DNA of 64,000 bases from assembly GCA_963743105.1 (NCBI GenBank), contig CAVUOS010000022.1, positions 67,044-131,043 on the forward strand, read 5' to 3'. The notes beneath the pieces were generated by a model. The model searched no databases. It saw nothing but the letters and a program-made list of their open reading frames with translations, and had not been told where the DNA came from. This DNA is from Terriglobia bacterium. GTDB taxonomy: Bacteria > Acidobacteriota > Terriglobia > Terriglobales > Acidobacteriaceae. Every line of letters starts with the position of its first letter. Positions within the stretch are counted from its first letter, which is position 1. Shown piece after piece: positions 23,741 to 32,188 of this stretch. The position numbers and the translations under genes were made by a program.

Positions 23741-23910
23741 CCCGTTCTTATGGGCCCTGCTATGCCTCTATTCACAACATTCATTCTTCACCATCAGGTC
23801 TTCTCCTCGATGTACTCCACAGAATCCTGTATGGAGTACCGTTCCCATCACGTGTAGCGATAAGAACGGAGTTTTGCCCCCGGTGTACCCGCAGAAGATG
23901 TTCCCCCACA

Positions 23911-26829
23911 ATGAATCGGCTCGATCAAATTCCGACGGCCACCTACCGCCTGCAACTCAATCCTCATTTCACCTTTCGTGACGCCGCAGCAATCGTGCCC
24001 TATCTCAGCGCACTCGGAATCAGCCACTTCTACGCCTCGCCTTACCTTCGCTCCCGGCCGGGAAGCCTCCACGGCTACGACATCATCGACCACAACTCGC
24101 TCAATCCCGAGCTAGGGACGCCTGACGAGTATGAAAGTTTCGTCTCGCAGCTGCACCGTCACGGCATGCGCCAGATTCTCGACATCGTTCCCAACCACAT
24201 GGGCGTCATGGGCAGCGACAATGCCTGGTGGCTCGATGTTCTCGAAAACGGAGAGGCCTCCGATTTCGCCGACTTCTTCGACATCGACTGGTGCCCGATC
24301 AAAGATGAACTTCGGGGCAAAGTCCTGATACCGGTCCTCGCGGATCAGTACGGCAATGTGCTGGAGCGCGGCGACCTGAAACTGACGTTCGACTCCGAGC
24401 GCGGAGAGTTCAGCATCTTTTATTTTCAGCATCGCTTTCCGGTCGATCCCAGGGAGTACCCGCGCATTCTGGGTTCCCAGATCGAACGTCTGCAGGAAAG
24501 AGTCGGCCCCACCCACGAAGATTTCCTGGACCTGCAGAGCATCATCACCGCGTTCAGCCACTTGCCGGACCGTCGTGGCGCCACTTCCGAACAGAAGGTC
24601 GAGCGCCATCGTGAAAAGGAAGTGCAGAAGCGTCGTCTGGCCGCTTTGTGCGCGCGATCTCAGGATTTAAAAACATTCATCCTCGAGAATGTAACCACGA
24701 CTAACGGCACGCCCAACGATCCCCGTAGCTTCGACGTGTTGCATGAACTCATCAAGGCCCAGCCCTACCGCTTCGCCCAATGGCGCGTCGCCGCCGATGA
24801 CATCAACTACCGCCGCTTCTTCGATATCAACGAGCTTGCCGCCCTTCGCACCGAGAACGAAAAGGTCTTCAATGAGACCCACAAATTGATCCTGGATCTC
24901 GTCGCACGGAGAAAAGTCGACGGGCTCCGAATCGACCATCCCGACGGCCTCTACGACCCGGTGAGGTATTTTGAGCAACTGCGCGGTCGTTTGCGGACAG
25001 AACTGGAACCGCAGGACCGCGAAGCCTATCTGATTGCGGAAAAAATTATTACCGGCACCGAGCGCCTGCGCAAACCATGGCCCGTCGACGGTACAACCGG
25101 CTATGAATTCGCCAAACTGGTCAACGGACTCTTCATTGATCGGTCGGCCGGCGAAAAGATGGAACGCATTTACCGATCCTTCACCGGCATCTCGTCAGAA
25201 TTCGCAGACACGGTCTACCAGTGTAAGAAGCTCATCCTGAAAGTAGTCCTTGCCAGTGAGCTAAACGTTCTCGCGAATCTCCTCAGTCGGATCGCCCTTG
25301 CCAGTCGCTACACGTGCGATTTCACCCTCAACAGTCTGCGCACTGCGCTAAGCGAAATTATCGCGAGCTTTCCTGTTTATCGCACCTACGTGAATGGCCC
25401 CGAGGTGGCCGACGAAGACCGCCGCTACGTCGAAAAAGCCATCGTTGCAGCAAAGAAGAGAAGCAACGCCGCCGACCTGAGCGTTTTCGATTTCGTCCAG
25501 CGCATTCTCTTGATCGATCTGTATGGCAGCGAGGCCGCTTGGTACAAGCAGGCGGTTCTCCGCTTTTCCATGAAGTTCCAGCAGGTCACGGCCGCAGTCA
25601 TGGCCAAAGGACTGGAGGACACTGCGTTCTATCGCTACAACCGCCTCGTATCTCTAAACGAGGTCGGAGGCGATCCCAGTCACTTCGGAACGGGTGTTGA
25701 GGAATTTCATCGCTCGAACCAGGAGCGACTATCCTGCTGGCCCAACTCGATGCTGGCTTCCTCAACGCATGATTCCAAACGTTCCGAAGATGTCCGCGCC
25801 CGCATCAACGTGCTTTCCGAGATGCCCCTGGTCTGGCTTTTCCACCTTCGCCGCTGGCGCGACTGGAATCGCGCCCAGAAGCGCCAGATCGATGGCCAGC
25901 CCGCGCCCACGCGCAATGACGAATATCTTCTCTACCAGACTCTCATCGGAACGTGGCCCTACCCGTCGCTCGACGATGCTGGCTGGAAAACGTACACAGA
26001 ACGCATCGAGCAATACGCGCTCAAGGCGGCGCGCGAAGCCAAAGAGTACACCAGTTGGGCCAACACCAATTCAGAGTACGAAAGTGCCCTCATAGATTTC
26101 ACCCGTGCGATCCTCGATCGCTCCCCTCACAACCGATTCCTGGGCGACTTCGAGGAGTTTGCACGCCATATTGCCCGTATCGGCGCCTTCAACAGCATGT
26201 CGCAGACACTTCTCAAACTGACATCGCCCGGGGTGCCCGATATCTACCAGGGAAACGAATTGCTGGAATTTAACTTGGTCGATCCTGACAACCGGCGCCC
26301 CGTCGACTACGATCGCCGGAGTGAGTTGCTCGAAATGCTTCAGCGAGGTACCAGCTCCATGCATGAGTTGCCTCGGGTTCGGGATTTGATGACCCCACCG
26401 GGCAATGGCGCCGCCAAGCTCTACGCTACGTGGAAGACCCTCACTTTTCGCCAGCAGCAACCGCGCGTCTTTCAGCGGGGCAGCTACGTCCCTCTGCATG
26501 CAAAGGGAGAGAAATCCGAACACGTCATCGCCTTCGCGCGACAGGATGAAGGACGCACGATCATTGTTGCTGTCCCGAGGCTCTGCGCCAGGCTGATGGG
26601 CGAGAGCCATGACACGGTCTGCGAAGAGGCGATTTGGCGGGGCACTATCCTCGAAATCCCTAGCGATGGAATGGCCTGTTACCACAATCTATTCACTGGC
26701 GAATGCCTGCCCGTTAATCCCGATGCAATGCCTCGCTTCGCCCTCTCTGACCTGTTTCGCAATTTCCCCGTAGCTCTCCTGGTCAGCGCCAAGCAAAACG
26801 AAACGAAGAATTGCGGACCGTCAAGCTAA
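23911..26829 (+). CDS. treY: malto-oligosyltrehalose synthase
   Basis: 972-aa ORF. Motifs: TATYRLQLNPHFTFRDAAAIVPYLSALGISHFYASPYL, DIVPNHMG and DGLRIDHPDGL. Confidence 0.9.
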   Translation: MNRLDQIPTATYRLQLNPHFTFRDAAAIVPYLSALGISHFYASPYLRSRPGSLHGYDIIDHNSLNPELGTPDEYESFVSQLHRHGMRQILDIVPNHMGVMGSDNAWWLDVLENGEASDFADFFDIDWCPIKDELRGKVLIPVLADQYGNVLERGDLKLTFDSERGEFSIFYFQHRFPVDPREYPRILGSQIERLQERVGPTHEDFLDLQSIITAFSHLPDRRGATSEQKVERHREKEVQKRRLAALCARSQDLKTFILENVTTTNGTPNDPRSFDVLHELIKAQPYRFAQWRVAADDINYRRFFDINELAALRTENEKVFNETHKLILDLVARRKVDGLRIDHPDGLYDPVRYFEQLRGRLRTELEPQDREAYLIAEKIITGTERLRKPWPVDGTTGYEFAKLVNGLFIDRSAGEKMERIYRSFTGISSEFADTVYQCKKLILKVVLASELNVLANLLSRIALASRYTCDFTLNSLRTALSEIIASFPVYRTYVNGPEVADEDRRYVEKAIVAAKKRSNAADLSVFDFVQRILLIDLYGSEAAWYKQAVLRFSMKFQQVTAAVMAKGLEDTAFYRYNRLVSLNEVGGDPSHFGTGVEEFHRSNQERLSCWPNSMLASSTHDSKRSEDVRARINVLSEMPLVWLFHLRRWRDWNRAQKRQIDGQPAPTRNDEYLLYQTLIGTWPYPSLDDAGWKTYTERIEQYALKAAREAKEYTSWANTNSEYESALIDFTRAILDRSPHNRFLGDFEEFARHIARIGAFNSMSQTLLKLTSPGVPDIYQGNELLEFNLVDPDNRRPVDYDRRSELLEMLQRGTSSMHELPRVRDLMTPPGNGAAKLYATWKTLTFRQQQPRVFQRGSYVPLHAKGEKSEHVIAFARQDEGRTIIVAVPRLCARLMGESHDTVCEEAIWRGTILEIPSDGMACYHNLFTGECLPVNPDAMPRFALSDLFRNFPVALLVSAKQNETKNCGPSS

Positions 26830-26939
26830 AACCTGGCACCTCAAAAGGTGCTTGCAACCCCTCCCAGCAGGTTTAGCAGAACTGAGAACTGACCACTAAG
26901 AACCCACCCAATATATACTCTCACTCCAAGGAGGCCTCC

Positions 26940-27698
26940 ATGCAGAGCCGCGTTACCGGCACTACCATGCCAGTACTGGAATTCATCCTCGAGCCCAACG
27001 ACTCCATCATCTCCGAAGCCGGAGAACTCTCCTGGATGAGCAGTTCCATCCAGATGACGACCCACACGCAGTTTGGCGGTGGAGGCGGGCTGTTCGGCGT
27101 GATCAAGCGCGTGGCCGGCGGCGGATCGCTCTTCATGACCGAATACCGCGCCATTGGCGGCCCGGGTGAACTGGCGTTCGCCACCAAACTCCCGGGACAC
27201 ATCGTCCCCGTCGAGGTTGCCCCCGGGCATGAGTACATGATTCACCGTCAGGGATTCCTCTGCGCCACACCGCAGATTCAGATTGGCGTCGGTTTCCAGC
27301 AGTCGCTCGGCGCGGGCATTTTCGGCGGCGACGGATTCCTGTTGCAGAAAGTCAGCGGCCAGGGGATCGCATGGCTCGAACTGTCCGGAGAACTGGTCGT
27401 TCGCGATCTCCAGCCTGGAGAAAACCTGCGAGTACATCCCGGACACGTCGGCGCCTTTCAGACCAGCGTCTCTTTCCAAATCACGACCGTCCCCGGCATC
27501 AAGAACATGATCTTCGGCGGCGATGGACTCTTTCTGGCATCTCTCACCGGCCCCGGCAGAATCTGGCTGCAGACGCTCCCCATCGCCAAACTCGCTCATG
27601 CTATTGAAAAATACCTGCCCCGCGAGGCTCCGCGTCAGGCCGTGGAGGGCGGCGTAGTCGGAGGAATCGTCGGATCGATCCTCGATAATATGAGGTAA
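26940..27698 (+). CDS. AIM24/TIGR00266 (DUF124) family protein
   Basis: AAGGAGG lies upstream of the ATG. The translation LEFILEPNDSIISEAGELSWMS...GGGGLFGVIKRVAGGGSLFMTEY...GDGFLLQKVSGQGIAWLELSGE matches the family pattern. Confidence 0.75.
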   Translation: MQSRVTGTTMPVLEFILEPNDSIISEAGELSWMSSSIQMTTHTQFGGGGGLFGVIKRVAGGGSLFMTEYRAIGGPGELAFATKLPGHIVPVEVAPGHEYMIHRQGFLCATPQIQIGVGFQQSLGAGIFGGDGFLLQKVSGQGIAWLELSGELVVRDLQPGENLRVHPGHVGAFQTSVSFQITTVPGIKNMIFGGDGLFLASLTGPGRIWLQTLPIAKLAHAIEKYLPREAPRQAVEGGVVGGIVGSILDNMR

Positions 27699-27717
27699 CT
27701 GCATTCGCAGCCCTGGC

Positions 27718-28095
27718 CTACGAGCAAAAGGGGCTAATCCTGCATGGATGGAATTCGCGCGGCAGGGCAAGCATCTCGCCCGCATCTCGACACCGTACCG
27801 CCCACTCCAGCAGGGTTCGGTACTGACCGAACTTCACGATATTCCCCAGCCACTTCGTTCCCGACGAAGTGGTAATCACGACAACATTCGGCACGTCACA
27901 AGGACCAACACAACCGCTAATGGTGAGTTGGACTCGCTTTAACAGTCCCCGTTTCCGCCATTCACTCTTCATCCATTCCACGGGAACTTCGGGCATCCCG
28001 CGCTCCACGTTGCCGCAGCAACAGCCACGGCAGATCGTAATTTGCCCGACTACGAGGCGCTTCGTTTTGAGAGGGCAATCCCGGTCGTCATTCAT
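27718..28095 (-). CDS. thioredoxin-like [2Fe-2S] ferredoxin domain protein
   Basis: 125-aa ORF with the Cys pattern C-RG-CCC ... SGCVGPCDVPNVVVI, typical of the thioredoxin-like ferredoxin fold. It lies downstream of, and on the same strand as, the metal ATPase. Confidence 0.55.
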   Translation of the reverse strand: MNDDRDCPLKTKRLVVGQITICRGCCCGNVERGMPEVPVEWMKSEWRKRGLLKRVQLTISGCVGPCDVPNVVVITTSSGTKWLGNIVKFGQYRTLLEWAVRCRDAGEMLALPREFHPCRISPFCS

Positions 28096-28127
28096 GTCGC
28101 CTGATCCGTCTTTATCGATGCGGCTGC

Positions 28128-28268
28128 TTAATCTAACACGCCATACCAGTCATTGAAGTTAATCGACACTAGCGCGACAAAAACAACGGCGGCGATCAGA
28201 ATTCCAACGATCGCCATGGCGACCAGGAACGTCCAAGTCTGGCTCCGGGTCGCGTGAGCGAAATGCAT
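28128..28268 (-). CDS. candidate 46-aa single-pass membrane micro-protein
   Basis: Hand-translated, below the ORF-track cutoff: MHFAHATRSQTWTFLVAMAIVGILIAAVVFVALVSINFNDWYGVLD. It sits between the ATPase stop and the ferredoxin start. Confidence 0.3.
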   Translation of the reverse strand: MHFAHATRSQTWTFLVAMAIVGILIAAVVFVALVSINFNDWYGVLD

Positions 28269-28300
28269 ACGAAGTCACCCATCTGCGCGAGGCCTACCGC

Positions 28301-30268
28301 TTACTGCGCTTTTTCGAAACTTCGCGGCAACAATCGTGTGGAGTTGAGGATGAAGGCCAATTCTGAAGTCACGTGAATAAAAGCGGCCAGCAGTGGATTG
28401 AGAAGACCGAAGGCCGCCATTCCCACCCCAATGCTATCGACAACCAGCGTGCCGGCAAAGTTCTGCATGATGATCGCGCGACAGCGGCGAGCAATCCGCA
28501 GGGTTGCGACCAGTTTCGAGAGATCGCTTCCAATCAGGATCACATCGGCGCTCTCTCGAGCCACGTCGGTTCCTGACCCCATGGCGATCCCGACATTGGC
28601 CTCGACCAGGGCCGGTGCGTCGTTGATTCCATCGCCGACCATGGCGACGTTACGCCCTTTGTAACGTAACTCAGTCACCCACTTTGCTTTTTGCTCCGGC
28701 AGAAGTCCCCCCACCGCTTCGTCGATGCCAAGATCGTGGGCTATCGACGAAGTCGCATCTTGTGTGTCCCCGCTCAGCAGAACAGTCTTCATCCCCATGT
28801 GCCTTATTTCTGCAACTGCGCTCTTGGCTTCGGGACGGAGTACATCGGCGATGCGGATGCTCCCAAGAATTTGCCCGGCGCGGGCAACGTAGACTTCCGA
28901 CACTCCGTCGTTGCTTCCAGCCGGCAATCCCCTCGTCATGCCGTGTTCGACGAGGAGCGCCAGACTTCCGACCAGGATTTCCTCGCCTCGATAATTTACT
29001 CGGACTCCTCGCCCAGGCGTGTACGAAAAATCATCGGGCTCCGCGAGCGGTATGGCAAGCTCGGTGGCTCGTGCCGCAACCGCCTTGGCAAAAGGATGTT
29101 CAGACTTGTGCTCCGCAATGCTCGCCGCGCCGATGATCTGTAGCTCGGTGAAGCCGTTGGCAGAAATGACCTCGCGGATCTGCGGGGTACCGAACGTGAG
29201 CGTGCCGGTTTTGTCCAACAGCACCGTGTCGACAGCGGCCAGCGCCTCCAGGTAGAGACCACCTTTAATAATGGCTCCCTGATGCGCCGCCCCGCCGATT
29301 GCGCCCAGGATTGCGAGCGGAGTTCCAGCCGCAATGCCGCAGGCTCCGGCAACGATCACAACTGAGATGGTTGACCTCACGTTGTGAGTGATGATGAAGG
29401 TCAGAACCGCTGCCCCAAGTGCAAAGTACACAAGGTAACCGGCCAGGCGGTCTGCAGTTTTCTGAATAGGAGCGCGCGACTTTTCGGCTCGCTCAACCGC
29501 TTCAATGATTCTTCCGAAGGTTGTGTCGCGGCCCAGTTTCTGAGCTCCGATTTCCAAAGCCCCCGATTGGTTGATCGTTCCGGCATACACTACCTCCCCG
29601 GGGATCTTCTCCACTGGCATGGCTTCGCCGGTGATGGCTGCCTCTTCCACAAACGACCGGCCGCCCACCACAACGCCATCCACCGGAATGTGTCCGCCCG
29701 GCTTCACGATCACCGTGTCACCGACCTGAACCTGGTCGGAGGGTATCTCCACAACTTGATCGTTGCGGCGAACTGCGACGGTTCTGGGCAAAAAATCCAG
29801 AAGACTCTGGATCGCCTTCCGGCCTCGACCAACGGTGAGGCTTTCCAAGACCTCGGCGGCCAGGACGAACGCAGTGATGACCAGAGCGGTAAAGAACTCT
29901 CCGATCGCCAGAGCCGACAGAAGAGCGATGGTCATCGAGAGCTCCATCGTCATCCTCCGTTCGACGATGTTCTCGAAGGCTTCCTTGAAGATCGGATACC
30001 CGCCGATCAGCGTTGCCGTGATGCCGATCACACTGACGTGCGCAAACGGCTCCCATAGCCGAAACCAGACCGCCGCCGCAGCTACCGCGACGAAAGCGAT
30101 GCGAGCTAGTTCACCCCACTCGACTCCATGCGCATGTTCGTCGTGGTCGTGCTCGTCGTGGTCAGCGTGCAGGTTTGGTGACTGCTCTTTCAGGGAAGCT
30201 CGCCTCTCGCCGGGTGGGGAAGGAACGGCCGTGGGCTTTTTGGCGTAGGGCGGGGAACTCATATACAT
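28301..30268 (-). CDS. heavy-metal translocating P1B-type ATPase (short form, His-rich N-terminus; probable Co/Ni/Zn-type exporter)
   Basis: Motifs: DKTGTLT, SEHPFAKAV and GDGINDAPAL. The N-terminus is HADHDEHDHDEHAHG. The membrane metal-site position reads AGACGIAAGTP instead of CPC/SPC. The start could also be the ATG at 30262. Confidence 0.9.
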   Translation of the reverse strand: MYMSSPPYAKKPTAVPSPPGERRASLKEQSPNLHADHDEHDHDEHAHGVEWGELARIAFVAVAAAAVWFRLWEPFAHVSVIGITATLIGGYPIFKEAFENIVERRMTMELSMTIALLSALAIGEFFTALVITAFVLAAEVLESLTVGRGRKAIQSLLDFLPRTVAVRRNDQVVEIPSDQVQVGDTVIVKPGGHIPVDGVVVGGRSFVEEAAITGEAMPVEKIPGEVVYAGTINQSGALEIGAQKLGRDTTFGRIIEAVERAEKSRAPIQKTADRLAGYLVYFALGAAVLTFIITHNVRSTISVVIVAGACGIAAGTPLAILGAIGGAAHQGAIIKGGLYLEALAAVDTVLLDKTGTLTFGTPQIREVISANGFTELQIIGAASIAEHKSEHPFAKAVAARATELAIPLAEPDDFSYTPGRGVRVNYRGEEILVGSLALLVEHGMTRGLPAGSNDGVSEVYVARAGQILGSIRIADVLRPEAKSAVAEIRHMGMKTVLLSGDTQDATSSIAHDLGIDEAVGGLLPEQKAKWVTELRYKGRNVAMVGDGINDAPALVEANVGIAMGSGTDVARESADVILIGSDLSKLVATLRIARRCRAIIMQNFAGTLVVDSIGVGMAAFGLLNPLLAAFIHVTSELAFILNSTRLLPRSFEKAQ

Positions 30269-30282
30269 ACCCCCATAGGTAT
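30267..30282. promoter_or_regulatory. candidate RcnR/CsoR-type operator
   Basis: ATACC-CCCATA-GGTAT, a C5/G5 tract flanked by the AT-rich inverted repeat ATAC...GTAT, lies in the 38-nt divergent spacer. A second GGTAT is at 30289-30293. Confidence 0.45.
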
Positions 30283-30306
30283 AGGCATGGTATCATCGAT
30301 TCGCGA

Positions 30307-30585
30307 ATGAGTCATACCATCAAGAACAAGCAGAAGTTGATTCTGCGCAGCAAACGCATCCGTGGGCAATTTGAGGCTCTGGAGCGGCTTCTCGACGAGG
30401 GACGAGACTGCTCGGAAGTGCTTCAGATCATTAGCGCCGCCAGGGGAGCGGTCAACAGCCTTATGACGGAATTGTTAGAAGGCCACATCCGGCATCATGT
30501 GCTCGACCCCAAGCGGAAGCCCAATTCCGAGCAGATGCTCGCCGCCGATGAGGTGATCGATATGGTGAAATCCTACCTCCGCTAG
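30307..30585 (+). CDS. rcnR: RcnR/CsoR family metal-responsive transcriptional repressor (RcnR-like H-C-H-H fingerprint)
   Basis: ATG at 30307 inside ORF 30175..30585. The translation MSHTIKNKQKLILRSKRIRGQFEALERLLDEGRDCSEVLQIISAARGAVNSLMTELLEGHIRHH is close, from memory, to E. coli RcnR. His3, Cys35, His60 and His64 are all present. Confidence 0.85.
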   Translation: MSHTIKNKQKLILRSKRIRGQFEALERLLDEGRDCSEVLQIISAARGAVNSLMTELLEGHIRHHVLDPKRKPNSEQMLAADEVIDMVKSYLR

Positions 30586-30600
30586 CCCCTCCCGCTGTGG

Positions 30601-32088
30601 CTACTCGATGCGGCAGACGCGCACAGCGCCATTCTGATAGGGGCACGTCAGCCCGTTGACTTCCGGTTGCTGCACGATGATCCAACTCACTCCATACTTC
30701 TCACGCAGGCGTACGAGGTCATCAGGCCGAAAACTTTTCCACGGACTCTGCGCCCGCACCTGCTCCCACCACTCGTCAGCCAGCGGCGGAAACATACTCA
30801 CCACTCCGCCATCCTTTACTGTGTCGGCCAGGCGGCTGCGCTGTGCCAGGCAACGGAACCCAATCGTATCCTCGCCCGGTAAACGCATGTAATCAGGATC
30901 GATGGCAAAGACCGCGTCCGTGGGAGTGTTCTCGCGAATCCACACGAAAGCCTGTGCCCATGAATTCTTCGAAGCGCGTCCGGGCCACTCGATATGCGCG
31001 CTGGCTGAAAACAGCGAGCGCTGCGCCATGAACATCCCAACACCCAGGGGAATGAACAAAACCAGCCATCGCCATGCGCGATCCTTCAGGACATACTCGC
31101 CAAGAAATCCTCCAACACATACAAACAGAAACATATACAGAAGATGCAGGCTGCGTAGCGGCTGGATCCGGGCGAGGCTTTCGAACGAGACAGGCAAGTC
31201 CACGGCGAGAGCTACAAGAAAATAGATCACTCCGTACAGGACAAATACGCGGCAGGCGCGGGCCAGCAGCGGCTTCTGCCAAGCTCTCGCGATGTGCGCG
31301 AACCACCACAGCAGCGCGAGGGGAGCAAAAATCCCAATCCACTCATACCACTGCCAATCCTGTATGTAGAAGTAGGCATGCATCCTCGCGGATTCGTGGT
31401 AGGCAGGTGAAGCAGAAGTCACGAGCGGAATGCCGATAGGCAGAAGAGAGCCCAGCGCGGCTGTGCCCTCAACTCGCCACCTAGTGCGGCGTTCAATCTG
31501 CTCAATGACAAGCCATAGCGCTCCCAATGAAAAAGGGAACACCCACATCAGAGGATGGAGGCAAGCAGCGAAAGCAATCCAAAGCAGCGCGCGAAGATAT
31601 TTCTTCTCTAGAATTCCCGCAAGGGTAAACACTGACGTGAAGGCCGCCAGATTTCGCGGGTTCAAGTACTGGTCCATGATGTACAGCGCGGTGCCCGCGA
31701 CCGGGGTCGTTAACAGCGCTGCAATCAGGCACACGGTTCCCCATCGTGCCCGCGGGCTCTCAAAGAGCAAGGCACTCAACTGCCAGCAGGCGATAAGCAA
31801 CAAGAAGATCGACCCGATGTGCCAGGCAAACAACCCGATCTCAAACGGCAGATGAGTGACACGCAACGAAAAGGCCACCAGGTTTGGAAACAGCGTCATG
31901 CTGGCGTGCGAACGAAAGAACTCCTGGCCGACAGGGAACAGCAAAGGGTTCAGAATCCGCTCTACGCCGGGAAGATAGATCTCGGCGTCTTCAGCATAGG
32001 GATGGTAGCCATGGGTCAGCAGCGCCGCCACGGTCAGCAGCAGAAGCAAAACTCCTGTTTTGTATGTGCCGAGACGGATTCTGGTCAC
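30601..32088 (-). CDS. polytopic membrane protein of unknown function (possible GT-C-like fold with C-terminal soluble domain)
   Basis: 495-aa ORF with about 10 or more hydrophobic segments and a soluble C-terminal region of about 120 aa. I recognise no family with confidence. Confidence 0.55.
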   Translation of the reverse strand: MTRIRLGTYKTGVLLLLLTVAALLTHGYHPYAEDAEIYLPGVERILNPLLFPVGQEFFRSHASMTLFPNLVAFSLRVTHLPFEIGLFAWHIGSIFLLLIACWQLSALLFESPRARWGTVCLIAALLTTPVAGTALYIMDQYLNPRNLAAFTSVFTLAGILEKKYLRALLWIAFAACLHPLMWVFPFSLGALWLVIEQIERRTRWRVEGTAALGSLLPIGIPLVTSASPAYHESARMHAYFYIQDWQWYEWIGIFAPLALLWWFAHIARAWQKPLLARACRVFVLYGVIYFLVALAVDLPVSFESLARIQPLRSLHLLYMFLFVCVGGFLGEYVLKDRAWRWLVLFIPLGVGMFMAQRSLFSASAHIEWPGRASKNSWAQAFVWIRENTPTDAVFAIDPDYMRLPGEDTIGFRCLAQRSRLADTVKDGGVVSMFPPLADEWWEQVRAQSPWKSFRPDDLVRLREKYGVSWIIVQQPEVNGLTCPYQNGAVRVCRIE

Positions 32089-32188
32089 CCGAAGTGGTAG
32101 CGTGCCGTTCCTGGTACGCAGATCAGCCTACAACAAAGCCGACACATTGCGGGGTCTTGAAGCGAGGTTTAACATCTAACTACTCAAG

